The notes under the pieces: generated by a model | What the model was told of the DNA's origin: nothing | Databases searched by the model: none | The model's input: only the letters and a program-made list of their open reading frames with translations | In this document: positions 36,537-63,656 of the stretch, one piece after another | Numbering within the stretch: the stretch's first letter is position 1 | Layout of the letters: each line of letters starts with the position of its first letter | Made by a program: the position numbers and the translations under genes | NCBI GenBank assembly: GCA_963693365.1 | Contig: CAVNZM010000016.1 | Span: forward strand, 3,685,957 to 3,749,956 | Length of the DNA stretch: 64,000 bases | Source: Amoebidium appalachense | Lineage: Eukaryota > Protista > Ichthyosporea | Direction: 5' to 3'

Positions 36537-36796
36537 ACACTTTAGACTTTGACCTTTTTCCTCACAATCAAAATTCCATGCCATGGCCAGTACCCGTAAA
36601 CCAACTTATTAGTTTAGTAACACTGTCAGTGTACACCATAACAATGTCATGTTCACAGTTGCACTTTTCGGGTGTCAGGCGAGCAGTCCCAAGTCTAAGC
36701 TGTTGCATGGGGAAGTTTATGAATTTGGTGATTGTTTGTGTTTGGTTGTGTGTGCTCCGGATCCAAGAGAAAGGTGGTAGTGGTGGTGGTGGTGGT

Positions 36797-36847
<51 letters not shown>

Positions 36848-37589
36848 CTGGAGCCCCACCAGCCATGTTGGATACTCGAGCAGTTGGTCAGTTGTTCGGG
36901 CAATATTTGACCATTGAGGCCGGTTTGTTGTTTTCTTTGGATGTGGGGACGGGGGGGGGGGAGGAGGGGGTTGGGGGGGGAGCTGTGCATGCCATAGACT
37001 CTGCCAGCGGCTCTCTGTTGTAGTTCTCGTGTTTCACAATCAAATTTTGTTCTTAGTTTCTTGATTTTTGATCAGTTTACGTACGTGAGATGATGCTGTC
37101 AAACTCGTTGGGTACGCCTATATCATGATTTTGTCCCACAATCGAAATGTCGAGTTCCGCAAATAGATTCTGGCAGTTGGCTGGTATTTTGATTCGGGTG
37201 GCCAGCCCATTAACACTAGGAAACTAGAATGCTTGCACCGCCTGATGGGCAGTTGCACTTCATTTTGTCTGGGGTCGGATTTTTGAAGCCTTCCTCCGGT
37301 GGATTATGGTTGCCCACTACTACACTGAAGAAAATTAAGGTTGAACCTTCGTCGTACTCAACCTAAGCGACATTTCAGACTAATAACACTTACGAATTGG
37401 CTATGTTTACGAGTAGGTGCTTGCAGATCAGAGCCGCAGCTCCGAGCGACGTGCACTGAGGGCAATTCAATCGCTGGAATGGAACCCACATGTGAAGAGT
37501 CTGATGTACGTCATGTCACTCTACTTCACGATCAGTTGCGTTTGTACAGTACTACGAATATATGAACATCTAGAAATACCCCCCTCCCC

Positions 37590-37636
<47 letters not shown>

Positions 37637-37730
37637 AAAAAAAAAAAAGAAAAGAAAAAAAAAAAAAAAAAAGCCCTTCTTGCCCCAAAAAACATCTCCC
37701 GCCTCGGGGGTGGTGGTGGGGGTGGGGTGG

Positions 37731-37771
<41 letters not shown>

Positions 37772-40504
37772 GGCAGGGGGAGGGGGGGGGGGGGGGAGGT
37801 TGTGCATGTAACATTTGCTGTACCTATTGTTGTTACTGCAAAGTGTCTTCAGGTTTGGTTTTCAACTTTCGTTCATCAGTTGGAAAATAGTACCACGTGC
37901 CAGTGGGTGAATTAAGAACGATTTGAAGTTTATATAGAGTCTGTTAGCTGCTTGCTTAAATGGGTGATCGGCCCGCTAAACTTATTGTGTGCCGGGGAGG
38001 GGGGGGGGGGGGGGGGGGGGGGAGGGAGGGAAGTATGCAATGTTGCATTTGTTTCTGATTCTGATTGCTGCAGTCGACTAAGTGTGATTTTGCTCAAAAT
38101 TTGATAATGAGTTCTGTCTATGTTGATGTGGGTTTAAACCGTCATGAATATGTGTTGACGTCCTTCATCTCCTTTTTTGCTCCCCGCCCTCTCCCCGGCC
38201 CTCTCCCCCCCATCCCCTCCTCCCCATCCCCCATTCCCCCCCCCCCCCTCCCCCCCTCCCCCCCTGCCCACCCCTCTTCCCCCTCCTCCCCCCTCCCCCC
38301 TCACTCCCTAGACTGATTAGCTATTTTGCTAGCTGGCAACTTCCGAATCAGATTCTGACCAGATATCCATCACCCGACTCAAAGTTTGTTGATTGGTACT
38401 ACAATCAAGCACGATACATTGTTGTGGAAATATAATGTGTTGGGGGTATGTCCAAGTCGGGTGACCGGTCTGTTTGATGTTTGTACCGAAGAATTAGCGC
38501 AAATGGTCAAGTGATTCAACTGTTTGGGTCATATACGTCGCCCAAACATACATCGCTGAAATAATGACAAAAACCACATTCGTGCTTGAATCTGGGGCAT
38601 ATCATAAGCATATATGATGCCATCCGTGCACACATATGTATGCGCGCCCAACAGCACTAACCAACTGGATTCTGAGTTGTGCATGATTATCTTACACCTG
38701 AAACTTCTTGGGTCACATCCATTGATGGTACCTCAGGCTGTGTAGGTAACTAAGCATATTGCTCTGTCAAACATGATATCCCCCTTCTCCCCCCCCTCCT
38801 CCCTCCCATTCTCCCGCTCCCCCCTCTTCCCCCCTTACTCCTAAAAAGACAGAGACCGAAAGTCGGAAGTAAAATACTGTCTGAAGACTGAGGATCGAAT
38901 TCACCTAAATCATTGATTAAAACGGTGAAACCTAAGGGAATTATATTTCAGGGAGGGGGAGGGGGAGGGGGGGCAAGGCTTCAAGGGAGCCAGAGGGGAG
39001 TAGAATATCGATGTGGGTGTTGTGATGGAGAGGGGAGAGGCACCCACCCACCTACACGCACGCACGCACATATGCACGCACGCATGCACGCATGCACGCA
39101 CGCGCGTACGCACGCACGCACGCACACACACACGCACGTTGCGAGTGCAGGAGGAAGCCCATGAAGAGGGGGGGGGGGGGGGGGGGGGGGGCCATGGGCA
39201 GAAGAGGTGTGGAAGTTGAGTAGCGAGGGGATGAGGCCCCACAGCCAAAATTAGTACTGAGGGGTCAAACATTCGGAGCCTCAGAGCCAGACCAACGATT
39301 GAGAGGGACAACCCGTTATGAATTGGTCGGTTAAAGGCAAGCATTTTATAAATATGCGATGTGTGTGTTGGCTGGTGTGTGTATGCAGGAGATGCAGAGG
39401 AGAGAGAAAGGGAGGGAGGGGGCGGGGTTAGCATAATATAATTATATGTTGTCGTGAATAAAGTCCGTCAAAAGAGAAAAAAACATAAAGAATCAAAGAA
39501 AGAATATTCAGAAACATTCTTTCGTAGAAAGACGGCATCTTGCATTTAGATCTCACAATCAGCTGCTACACAAGTTAGCTAACTGTTCCGTCCGTTGGCT
39601 GCATGTCTAGACGGGTGGCCTGCCCATTCATTGTCTGCACTGCCTTATGGGCAGCTGCAGTCGTAGGTGCCATTAGTTCGTCACTCTCGGGCCAGCGCTG
39701 CTCTTTTGGAGAGTCTCATGAAGGCTTGGTCACCCTGCACCACCAATTTGCAGAAAATTAACGAGATCTACACCCGAGCTAACTCCTTACCGGCACTCAA
39801 GGACCAGCTACTGGTGATATGTTAAACAATATGTACAAGTCCAGATTACTTGGAGGGCAGCTCCATTCTGTCTGACAACTGCACCGGCAGAAGCCCAGAA
39901 AAGGGCCCCCCCAAACCTAGATTTGGTCACCCCCACAAACCCAGATTTGCTCAAACACTAGCAGGAAATACACATGTGCGTAACCGTCTCGATTTATAAC
40001 TGTTACACTCGAGGTGGAAGTGACTATGTAGTGTACTCAACTCAAATTGCAGCTCTCGGCACCTTCTCAAAGCACACACCCTGGGACTGGACGTTATAAC
40101 ATCACAATTGGCCCACGCAAGCCACCCGCACACACATGCGCAACCACACAAAAACGCACGCACGCATACACGCACACACTCACGGCACATACACTCAAAA
40201 AAGAAAAAGAAAGAAAGAGAAAGACCTGATTCAAAAAAGGGAAAAAAGGCAACACAAATTCAACCGGTGTGCAGACTAGGGCTGAAGGCTCTCGGGAGCC
40301 CCCTCTCCCTTCTCCCCCCAACTCACCCCGCCCAACCACCCACCCACCCACCCACCCACCCATCCATCTACCCAATATTTTGCGTGGTGCAGTACCAGAG
40401 TGTGTGTCGTGTGCACAATGTGCAACAGTAAAATCTGAAGCGTGTGCGTGTGTGGCCCACGGTGTGTGTTGTATTTTTTCATTTCTTTTGATGATATGTC
40501 TTTC

Positions 40505-40539
<35 letters not shown>

Positions 40540-41758
40540 GCGCCGGAGGAGTAGAAGGAGGAGGAGGAGGAATGGGAGGGGGGAAAGGGGGGGAGGGGGG
40601 GGGGGGGGGGGGGGGGGGGGATAACTATTGTTAACGTTAAGGGTGGCCAGCAAATTCAAAGAAAGGGGGGATTAAAAGGGGGGCTTGAACGTATGAAAAT
40701 AATCATTGGAGAGGCGGAATAAATATGTTCTTCCAGAAACCTCTGCTTTTTGCAGAATAAGCCTCGGCCTTTGCATTCAAAAGGGGGGTGTTTTGCAAAA
40801 TAATTCTGCACCATGCAGACAGAAAAATATCAGGGGGAAAAGAGCCTTTTAACACTATCTTTTCTGCTCTTTCCACTTTCACAACAATTTCGCTCTCAAC
40901 AAGCATTTCTGCTGATGGGGGAGGGGGGGGAGGGGGGGGAGGGGGGGGGAGGGGGGAGGGGGGGGAGGGGGGGGCTGCGCCTCTGCACATGTAAATTTAT
41001 ATATGTTTGTCTCCTGTTGGTTCTTGTGTTTCCAACACTCGTCTTTGCGGTAGACTCAGGGTTTGAATTTCTTTCAGGATGAAGGTAAGAACGACCATGT
41101 AAATATGAGAGGATGCTGTGACAGTGTTAACCTCAAGGTAGTCTCAGGCTCTGATGCCCGCCAGTTTGCAGTTCAGAAGGTATGATGGATTTCTTGCAGG
41201 AGAGTGGTTTGAGAACGACTACAATTTTCAGAACCGCCCAGGGTGTTATGGGTTTGCAACCACAATCCGGTGCCCTGTAAGAGATACCAACATATGTGCT
41301 TTTAGCTGGATTGTTGATTTGGGTGACCCAGCCCGTTTAAATTTTGCACCGCCAGACGTGCAGCGCGCAGTCGGCCGCTCTTAATACAAGACGGTCCTCA
41401 GGTGGCATATGCCATGGTCGCCCAACTCTAGATTGCCGAGAAAAAACAAGAAACATTTTCGTGCTCACCCTGAGCGCCATTCAACAACACACACGTTATT
41501 GGCTTCGGATATGAGCTCAGACAGGTCTGCAGCTCTGCGAGGATGCACTGAGAATGGTGCAATGGGCCACGTGCGAAGACATATTGGTAACAATATGTTT
41601 AGCCCCTCTACTTCACGGTGGGGAAGGGTTTTAGTTGCACGTGTCCATCCCCCCATCTTTTTCCTAATCCGGGAAAAGAGAGAAACCGCCTCAGAAATTC
41701 AAACAGGCAAAGTGAAGCCACATCGACACATACAATGGCAGCGCCTCCATGTGTGTGT

Positions 41759-41859
<101 letters not shown>

Positions 41860-41876
41860 CTCAGTAAGTGCTCCGA

Positions 41877-41975
<99 letters not shown>

Positions 41976-42195
41976 GTGCATGCTCCCGGTCCCCTCGGGG
42001 CAAGGGGGTGGGTGTTGAGATAAGGAAATAGAAAAAAGGTGGAAAGGAGGTTGGTTATTACTGTATAGCATTGCCGAGTTGTGGATTTGGAGGGCCCCCG
42101 GGGGGGGGGGGGGGGGGGGGGGGGGGAGGGCAAAATAGTACCGATCACACCCCGTCTGAGCCACCCACACACACACACATACACACGCGCATGCG

Positions 42196-42313
<118 letters not shown>

Positions 42314-42849
42314 CATGTAAAAGCACACACACTGCGCACGCACGCACGCACACACACGCGTAGTACTACGCAAGGACGCATGTGCATGCATGCACGCGCG
42401 CACACACACAGGCACGCACGTACGCACGCACGCACGCACGCACGCACGCATGGGCGCACGCACGCACACTGTCGGGCACGCACACAAACAATTCAGTGTT
42501 AAACAAACCGACATACCCAAATTTACGCTACCACACGTTCCCCAGGCGGCCTGGTTTCTTTCATTCTTGGTCTCCTTAGAATACTTTTTTTTTTTGGGGG
42601 GGGGGGGGGGGGGGGAGGGGGGGAGGGGGGGGAGGGGGGGGGGGAGGAGGGAGGGGGGGGGGGGGGGGGGGGGGGGGGATGGGAGGGAAAGGGTGATGCG
42701 CAGACACACACGTGCCTTTCCTACACACATCCGCAGGCCTCAGTGACATCCACTGCTAATCCCCTTCCCTTCGACCCCTTATTGATTCTATTCGTAACGA
42801 ATAAGTGGAGCTTTTAAGGTTTGTCCCACGATCGAGAACATTGTTCTAG

Positions 42850-43060
42850 CAGGGGTGGGCTTTTTATAAGATTTTCCGTAAATAAGATTCTAGCGCTGGA
42901 TTTTCTGGAAAATTTAAGCGTCTAGCTGTCTAGCCCCCATGGCACATATGAACATTAAGATTTTTCTCCGCCTTGTCCTTGTGGGCTAGGGGGGTCTGGG
43001 ACTAAGACTCTAGCTGGCTAGGGCAGAAATCCACGTAATCTTATATTCGGCCTACCCCTG
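42850..43060. mobile_element. MITE, hAT-like ends
   Basis: caggggtgggctttttataagatt (42850-42873) versus the reverse complement of 43037-43060, caggggtaggccgaatataagatt. No clear TSD. Confidence 0.6.
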
Positions 43061-43987
43061 TATAAGACTTCGGCTCCGGAGCATTTCATATGCTGGGTGA
43101 GTGACCACTGACCAGGCCAGTCCGACATGGTGTATATCTGGTGCAACCTACATATACTATGTACGGTATGCACTCACTTACTTGGAACTCGCTGTGCTTG
43201 CGCCTCTGCCGTTATTTGATGGTCGCCCAGAATCTATTGCTGTAATCCACCTCTGAACCTTCAGCACAACAAACTTCACATTAATGCGTTCAAATCCCAT
43301 AGCGTACACCCCGACACTGGTACACAATTGTGACACACGGAGGTTTAAAAGTCTCGTGCAGCCTGTGTGGTCGGAGTGGAACACATGCACATATAATCTG
43401 CGCGTGTATGTGATCCACATGTATAACTTTGAATCATCCCGTGACATTGATTACAGCATCACATATCACAAATTAGACGACAGTAACGTGCAACAATTGC
43501 AAAACCCACCCTGTCAGCTCGCAGCAACAGTTGCACATTACATTACACGGAAACTTTTGCGCGGACGGAAGCTGTATGTGGTCAAGGCTGCACTCGCTGC
43601 TACGTGTACGGCATCATACATACGGCGTATCATGTGTATACATTATGGGCAGGCCAGTTTTTGTGTGGCTACGTGGCATTGCAATTGGTGGGGGGAGCTC
43701 GAGATCTCGAGAAAGAGTGGGGGGGGGGGGGGGGGGGGGGGGAGGGGGGGGGGAAGGAGGGGGGAGCGACCGGATGGTACACAAGTGTAATAGTTTGAAT
43801 AACCGTTTATTGTGTAAGCTGACCGGAATGATATGACATTGCCGTAGTATATGAACATTCGTAGTCACGGTACGTACACACTCTTCTAGGTTCCTTTGCA
43901 GCTACACACATGTGCATCATAATAATCTGTTAATGTAGTCGACGTCGTTTGTCTCGCTTATAATTCTTCTGATATTTTTCCAAACAC

Positions 43988-44407
43988 CTAGTTAGTGGGG
44001 CCGTAGAAAGGCTCGCAGCAGTAGTCATAACTGCAGTGCTGTGTGGAGCTCGGGGCAGGCTTGCACCGCATCACCCCACCGGTCTTGGGGTCTGTCTTGT
44101 AATGGGAACCAGGCATGCACTTGACAACCGTGTCACAACGCACGTAGGAGGGGGGCTTGGCGCAGCAGTAATCCACCGTGCAGGGTTGCGTGGTGTTAGT
44201 GCGCGGCTTGCAGCGCATGATACCGCCCGTCTTGGGGTCTGTGTTGTACTTGTCGCACGGGACTTTAGACTTGCAGCTTACAAAGGAGGAGGAGGGGCTC
44301 GGGGCGGCTGTTGTTGTTGTTGTGGTGGTGGTGGTGGTGGTGGTGGTGTCGGCTTGGGCGGTGATGGCCAGGGCAGCGACGAGAGCGAGAACGACGCGGG
44401 TCATCAT
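43988..44407 (-). CDS. Secreted cysteine-rich protein, 139 aa: signal peptide, poly-Thr linker, two 6-Cys repeats (copy 1)
   Basis: Intronless ORF MMTRVVLALVAALAITAQA-DTTTT...; two repeats of C-x5-C-x14/17-C-x9-C-x4-CC containing TDPKTGG(I/V)MRCKP; GC-rich third positions; upstream TATA box; intact paralogue at 48639-49040. Confidence 0.9.
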   Translation of the reverse strand: MMTRVVLALVAALAITAQADTTTTTTTTTTTTTAAPSPSSSFVSCKSKVPCDKYNTDPKTGGIMRCKPRTNTTQPCTVDYCCAKPPSYVRCDTVVKCMPGSHYKTDPKTGGVMRCKPAPSSTQHCSYDYCCEPFYGPTN

Positions 44408-44479
44408 TTTCAAGAAGGTATGAAATGGTTTATGTGGGGTCTGCGTCGTTATTTTTTCTGTGTTTTGACTGCGACCGTG

Positions 44480-44618
44480 GATATCGCTGTTGAAGTGATC
44501 AAATGGAACCTTTAAACCTCCAATATATACCCGGGAGGCTGTTTGCAAGCAAAGCATCATCCAATCAAATCTACCTGACAGATAAAATCTACCAATAGGA
44601 TACATGGCTATTTATAGC
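44480..44618 (-). promoter_or_regulatory. Core promoter of Cys-rich gene copy 1 (TATA plus two CCAAT motifs)
   Basis: Non-coding block conserved with ~49115-49256; TATATA near 44524-44529; ccaat at ~44561 and ~44592. Confidence 0.65.
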
Positions 44619-45487
44619 AGGTGGCGGGCGGGCTCGGGGCCTCGGAGACCACAAGCTTTCTTCCTGCTATGCACGCCAATACTACCAAAAATGTGTAAGT
44701 AATGATGATTTTGATATTTTTTCTCTTTACCTTCACTTTTTCTTCCACATACGAAGGTAAAACGAAAACTAAGATTCAAACAAGCCGCGCTGTAGCTGTG
44801 GGAATCATTATTACTGGGGGCCTGGGGCATAAGCTCCGCATGCAGATAGCGGCGCGGGTGTGGATCAGAGATAACACCAGAAATAGGGGTGCTCTTTGAT
44901 GGAAAGAACTGTTGTTTGAGGGGTGTCGTTCCGTATTTGGGCTTCATAGCTTACTATATATTAGAGATAGCTTATGCTTTTTTTTGACAACAAAATAAAC
45001 CGGATATATGTTCATGATCATGCAATCGATGACACCAAAGCATGTACGCTGCGCGCATACACTGTCATTCATATATATGCTAATGTTCAGCCCCTGAAAT
45101 GCCCAAACCTTTAAATTGAAAAACACAAAAAAATTTATTTGGGGGGGGTAAGTACACAAGCAAGTACTCCCTTCACTCGGCATGAAGTTGGCAAAGGAAT
45201 CAAAACGCTGCCGCGTATATCTATCCCTTTCATACGGGCCGGTTCAGTAGTCACGGGTATACTACCGTGCAGAGACCCAAACCGTTTTAGCGATCCGATT
45301 AGGTAGCTTTTTGGCCCGAAAATCACTTTCCAAATTGGGAGCGATAACGATTTTCATTGGACAAAAGTTTCAGATCATACTATATAAAGCAGCTGCGCAT
45401 GGATCTAAAGGTCACTTTTTGGGGCTAACAAGGGTTCAGCGTGTAGAACGGCGGGCCGGGCCAGGTCCGGGCCCGCGCCGCCAATCA

Positions 45488-45529
45488 TGGGCGATTCCCG
45501 CAGCTGTTACGTAATCGTTTGCGCAATCA
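45488..45529. promoter_or_regulatory. 42-bp conserved element with CAGCTG, TTACGTAA and TTGCGCAA palindromes (copy 1)
   Basis: tgggcgattcccgcagctgttacgtaatcgtttgcgcaatca is identical to 49450-49491 while the flanks are unrelated. Confidence 0.65.
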
Positions 45530-45830
45530 TCAATACATAACGAGTGTGCTACTCAGCGGCGAGCGACGAGTGTTTCCTGGCCTCTCTTGTGCTTGCGACA
45601 TGTTTTCCGCCCTTTTTTCTGGTTTTATAAGGTCTTATTAAGCATGAGAGAATCTCGGGCTATTCTGAAAACTTGAGCGCCTAGGACACACCATGGCCCT
45701 TTGTTAAGCCCCCCGCCCCCCCTCCCCCCCCCCCCCCCCCCCTCCCCCCGCGGAGACTCTCTCTCTCCCTCCCCCTCTCCCCCCCCCCCCCCCCCCTCTC
45801 TCTCTCTCCCTCCCTCCCCCTCCTCTCTCT

Positions 45831-45861
<31 letters not shown>

Positions 45862-46559
45862 CTCTCGTTTTCTCTCCCTCCCTCCCTCCCCCCTGCCTCT
45901 CTCTCTCTAGATCTATCTCTCCCCCCCCCTCCCCCCTCCCCCCCCCCCCCCCCCCCCCCCCTCCCCCTTCCCTTCGGGCCCCCTGCCCCCCCAACCCCAC
46001 CAACTCTTTCCCCGGCCACTCCCCCATTCCCCTCCGGGCATCACCACCACCACCATCGTGAACACTAGTTCACCACGATCATCAAAAATGTAACTACAGT
46101 CTTAAATGTAACAGATTAACTCAGTGACTCAGAACGTGAAAACACAGCCTAGTAGTACTACGAGCGTGTGCGAGTGCGTGCATGTGTGCGTGCGTTAACG
46201 TTCGTGCGTGTGTGTTCCTTTTAAATTTGGAGGAATGGCTGGCTGGGTGGGTGGGGGGGGAGGGGGGGGTAGGAGGGAAGCTTGGGATGGGTATTTTGTG
46301 TAGTCCAGGCCGTGGAGGAAGACCGGGTGGGGGGGGAGGACGGAGGGGGAGGGGGGGGAGGGGGGAGGGGGGGTTCTGTTGTGAGTGTGGTACACGTTTG
46401 TGGCGCTAGAGTTTCTGGTTTAGGTGTTCTCAAAAGATTGAAAGCTGAACAAAAAAATGCCAAGGCTTCCTACCGACAAAACTCTCCTGCGAATTTCTGG
46501 TTCATCAGTGTCGATGTCACTTCTCGTGTTTCATACTCGTTGGAATTCACCCTCTCTAA

Positions 46560-47010
46560 TTCTCAACACCTCTTCCGGGTCAAAATGCAAGTTTCTAAGT
46601 AGCCTAAGGGGGGAACAGCCTGTTGTGTTGATGGTTCCTGCACAATTTTGTGCTTGCAGAAAGCATGCCGATCAGTATACTGAAGATAATAGCTTGTTAT
46701 GTTTGCTTCCGGGATGATGAAAAAACAAGAATATTTGATCATTCGGGCATAAACATACGTAATCATAAAAAGAACGCCAGTGTCTTTGATGATATAAAAA
46801 AATTGTAAGACAAGAATCTTAGTTTTCAACGCCTTTTCCGGGTAAAACGGCAAGTTTCTGAGAAGCCCAAGAGGAACCAGCTGCCTGCTGTGTTGATGAT
46901 TACTGCTGAATTTTGTATACAGACATGACATATGATAAAAGCCAGGGCGAGTCTCAGATTATTGAAGCAAGAAAAAGATAAGACAAGAATCTATTTGTCT
47001 ATTCATAATA
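46560..47010. repeat. Diverged ~260-bp tandem duplication
   Basis: tcaac.cct.ttccgggt.aaa..gcaagtttct.ag.agcc.aag at ~46563 and ~46825; acaagaat at ~46724 and ~46983. Confidence 0.75.
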
Positions 47011-47312
47011 TCGGCCAAGCTATCATAGTTGGGTCAATATCTGGTAACTATGATACGTGTATATCAGATATGAACACCGTGGATGCTCAAGCCTTCACGT
47101 GCTAACCGATTCACTCCTGCATCTGCCCTGTGTTTCTGTATTCCCTCTCCTCCCTTGCGCCACTCCCCGCACCCTTTCTTCCTTAGTTCTCCAAAAAAAA
47201 AAAAAAGAGGGGGGGGGGGGGGGGGGGGGGGAAGGGGGGGGGGGGGGGGGGGGGGGGGTGGGACGAAAAGAAAGAAAGGAAAGGAGGGAGGGAGGGGAGG
47301 GGGGGGGGGGGG

Positions 47313-47577
47313 GATGGTGCGGTGCGGTGCAGTGTCTGAGTGGGTGGGTGGGTGGGTGGGTGGGTGGGGGTGGGGAGGGGGGACAGGAGGGGGGGGGGGG
47401 GGGGGGGGGGATGGTGCGGTGCGGTGCAGTGTCTGAGTGGGTGGGTGGGTGGGTGGGTGGGTGGGGGTGGGGAGGGGGGACAGAGGGGGGGGGGGGGGGG
47501 GGGGGATGGTGCGGTGCGGTGCAGTGTCTGAGTGGGTGGGTGGGTGGGTGGGTGGGTGGGGGTGGGGAGGGGGGACA

Positions 47578-47600
<23 letters not shown>
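47313..47600 (+). repeat. Three-copy ~96-bp G-rich tandem repeat
   Basis: gatggtgcggtgcggtgcagtgtctgag(tggg)n...ggacag(G)n at ~47313, 47410 and 47505. Confidence 0.9.
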
Positions 47601-47611
<11 letters not shown>

Positions 47612-47832
47612 GGGGTGAGTGGGGCAAGCTGAGGTAGAGAGGGGAAAATAATAATAAAAAACACCCTCCCCCCCCCCCCCCCCCCCCAAAAAAAAGGGAA
47701 AGAAAGAGAGAAAGAAGAAGGAGAAGAAGAAAGAAAGAAAAAGACGGGGAAAAATGCTGAATGTTTTGGAGGAAGCCGATGAATGTGCCAGCTCTTGCCT
47801 GTGAGGGAAATGCGTCTTTTTTTTTCTTTTTT

Positions 47833-47873
<41 letters not shown>

Positions 47874-47879
47874 CTGATT

Positions 47880-48018
<139 letters not shown>

Positions 48019-48638
48019 AGGGGGGGGGGGGGGGGGGAGGCAGGTATGTTGCAGCACTCTTGTAGGGTGGTTTTCTTGGGTATTGCGATCGGTGTGAGAG
48101 GGGTTAGCACATGTGTGTGTCACGGTGTGTGTGTGTGTGTGTGTGTGTGTGTGACACATCATTGTGTGTTTTCGTGGCCGGGGAGACAGGGGGGGGGGGG
48201 GTGGGGGGGGGAAGACAACCGGATGTGTGATAACATGTATGTACCACACGGATGACAGTATGGAATTATTGCCGTTTATTCTGTCAGTTGAACGGCATGA
48301 TAATGATGTTACGGTAGTACCGGTACATTCATGGTGTAGTACGTACACACGTCTCTAGATACGGTGCATGTGATGTACACGTGTACACCTTAATAATTAC
48401 ATATACTTTTTCTTAGTCTCTATGGTGTCTCGTAGAGAAAGTAAACCCTGATATATAATCATCACCCGACATCTATGTACGTGATCATGATATACCGCTG
48501 AGGGGATATTCCGAGCAAAAACCCCCCATACCTGAGACTGGTCTCTCTTTGCCTCGAGTAAACAGCGTTACCCCCCCCCATATACATATCCGCGGCCGGG
48601 TCACGTATATACACCTCTCCTGAAAATGCTCCAAACAC

Positions 48639-49040
48639 CTAGTTAGTGGGGCCGTAGAAGGGTTCGCAGCAGTAGTCATAACTGCAGTGCTGTGTGGAGC
48701 TTGGGGCAGGCTTGCACCTCATCACCCCACCGGTCTTGGGGTCTGTTTTGTACTGGGACCCAGGCATGCACGTCACCACCGTGTTACAGCGCACGTAGGA
48801 GGGGGGCTTGGCGCAGCAGTAATCCACCGTGCAGGGCTGTGTGGTGCTAGTGCGCGGCTTGCAGCGCATGATACCGCCCGTCTTGGGGTCTGTGTTGTAC
48901 TTGTCGCACGGGACTTTAGACTTGCAGCTTACAAAGGAGGAGGTGGGGCTTGGCGCGGCTGTTGATGTAGTGGTGGTGGTGGCGGCTTGGGAAGTGAAGG
49001 CCAGAGCGGCGACGAGGGCGAAAAAAAAGCGAGTCATCAT
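48639..49040 (-). CDS. Secreted cysteine-rich protein, 133 aa, two 6-Cys repeats (copy 2)
   Basis: Intronless ORF MMTRFFFALVAALAFTSQA-ATTTT...; the Cys repeats differ from copy 1 by only four residues and all 12 Cys are kept. Confidence 0.9.
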   Translation of the reverse strand: MMTRFFFALVAALAFTSQAATTTTTSTAAPSPTSSFVSCKSKVPCDKYNTDPKTGGIMRCKPRTSTTQPCTVDYCCAKPPSYVRCNTVVTCMPGSQYKTDPKTGGVMRCKPAPSSTQHCSYDYCCEPFYGPTN

Positions 49041-49114
49041 TTTTGAGAAAAATCAAAATGGTTTTTTTATGTGGAGACGAGTGGTTCTGGATTTTTCTGC
49101 GTTGCTTTGATAGT

Positions 49115-49256
49115 GAAGGATTGCTGTTGAACTGATCAAATGGAACCTTCGGACCGCCTTTATATACTCGGGAGGCTGTTTGCAGGCAAACGGATTAGCC
49201 AATCAAGTCCATTAAGCTGGTAAAGTCTACCAATAGGATATGCGGTTATTTATAGG
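49115..49256 (-). promoter_or_regulatory. Core promoter of Cys-rich gene copy 2
   Basis: TATATAAA on the minus strand near 49158-49166, two ccaat motifs, conserved with 44480-44618. Confidence 0.65.
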
Positions 49257-49449
49257 GCTCAACTCCATATTTCCACAAGTTCTTTCAGTTTCCTTTTTTT
49301 CTTTTTTTTTTTCTTTTTTCTTTTCTTTTTTCCTAGATACAATAAACAACAAACCCACCAAAAATAACGAACTTAAAATTATTATTATGGTCTCCTTTCA
49401 CCCCCTATTTATCATGTTGACGAAGGGGAAAACAAGCAAAGCTGGGGCC

Positions 49450-49491
49450 TGGGCGATTCCCGCAGCTGTTACGTAATCGTTTGCGCAATCA
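49450..49491. promoter_or_regulatory. 42-bp conserved element (copy 2), between the divergent Cys-rich gene and PRMT7
   Basis: Identical to 45488-45529 and followed by CACGTG at 49494-49499. Confidence 0.65.
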
Positions 49492-49874
49492 ATCACGTGT
49501 ACAGTGTAAGTGCACGATTTCACTGCACTACTTCCGGCTTCACTTTTTCAGTGCCCAGGCTGTTTTTCTGGTGTTTCATGGAAGGATTCTTTTCTGGTGT
49601 TTCATGGAAGGATTCCGGGTCCTGCTAAGAAAACACCGAGCTATTTCGCTGAAACTTTTAGAGGCCTTGGGCGCACCACGGTTCTCTCGATGTTTACTAT
49701 CACGGTAGTTTCTAGAACACCTTTAGTGCCACTCTATCATCTCCCAAGATACAAGCAAGACGATTTCTGTTATCCTAGCTATAACCGACAACAGCACACC
49801 GAGTTTAGTTAGGCTTTGCTACTTCATACGTAACAGATACGGGCTACCTGTGTGGAAGGTTTGAAAAAGTGAAG

Positions 49875-63656
<13,782 letters not shown>

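Noticed and set aside
37130-39700. EGF-like reading of the array (DCSCP.G...WAGHP...DCGT) on the minus strand
   Set aside because: The cysteines are not kept across copies and the pattern of variation fits the other frames better.
44408-44605. 66-aa N-terminal extension of Cys-rich copy 1 in the ORF track
   Set aside because: It runs through the conserved TATA/CCAAT promoter, is absent from copy 2 and would bury the signal peptide.
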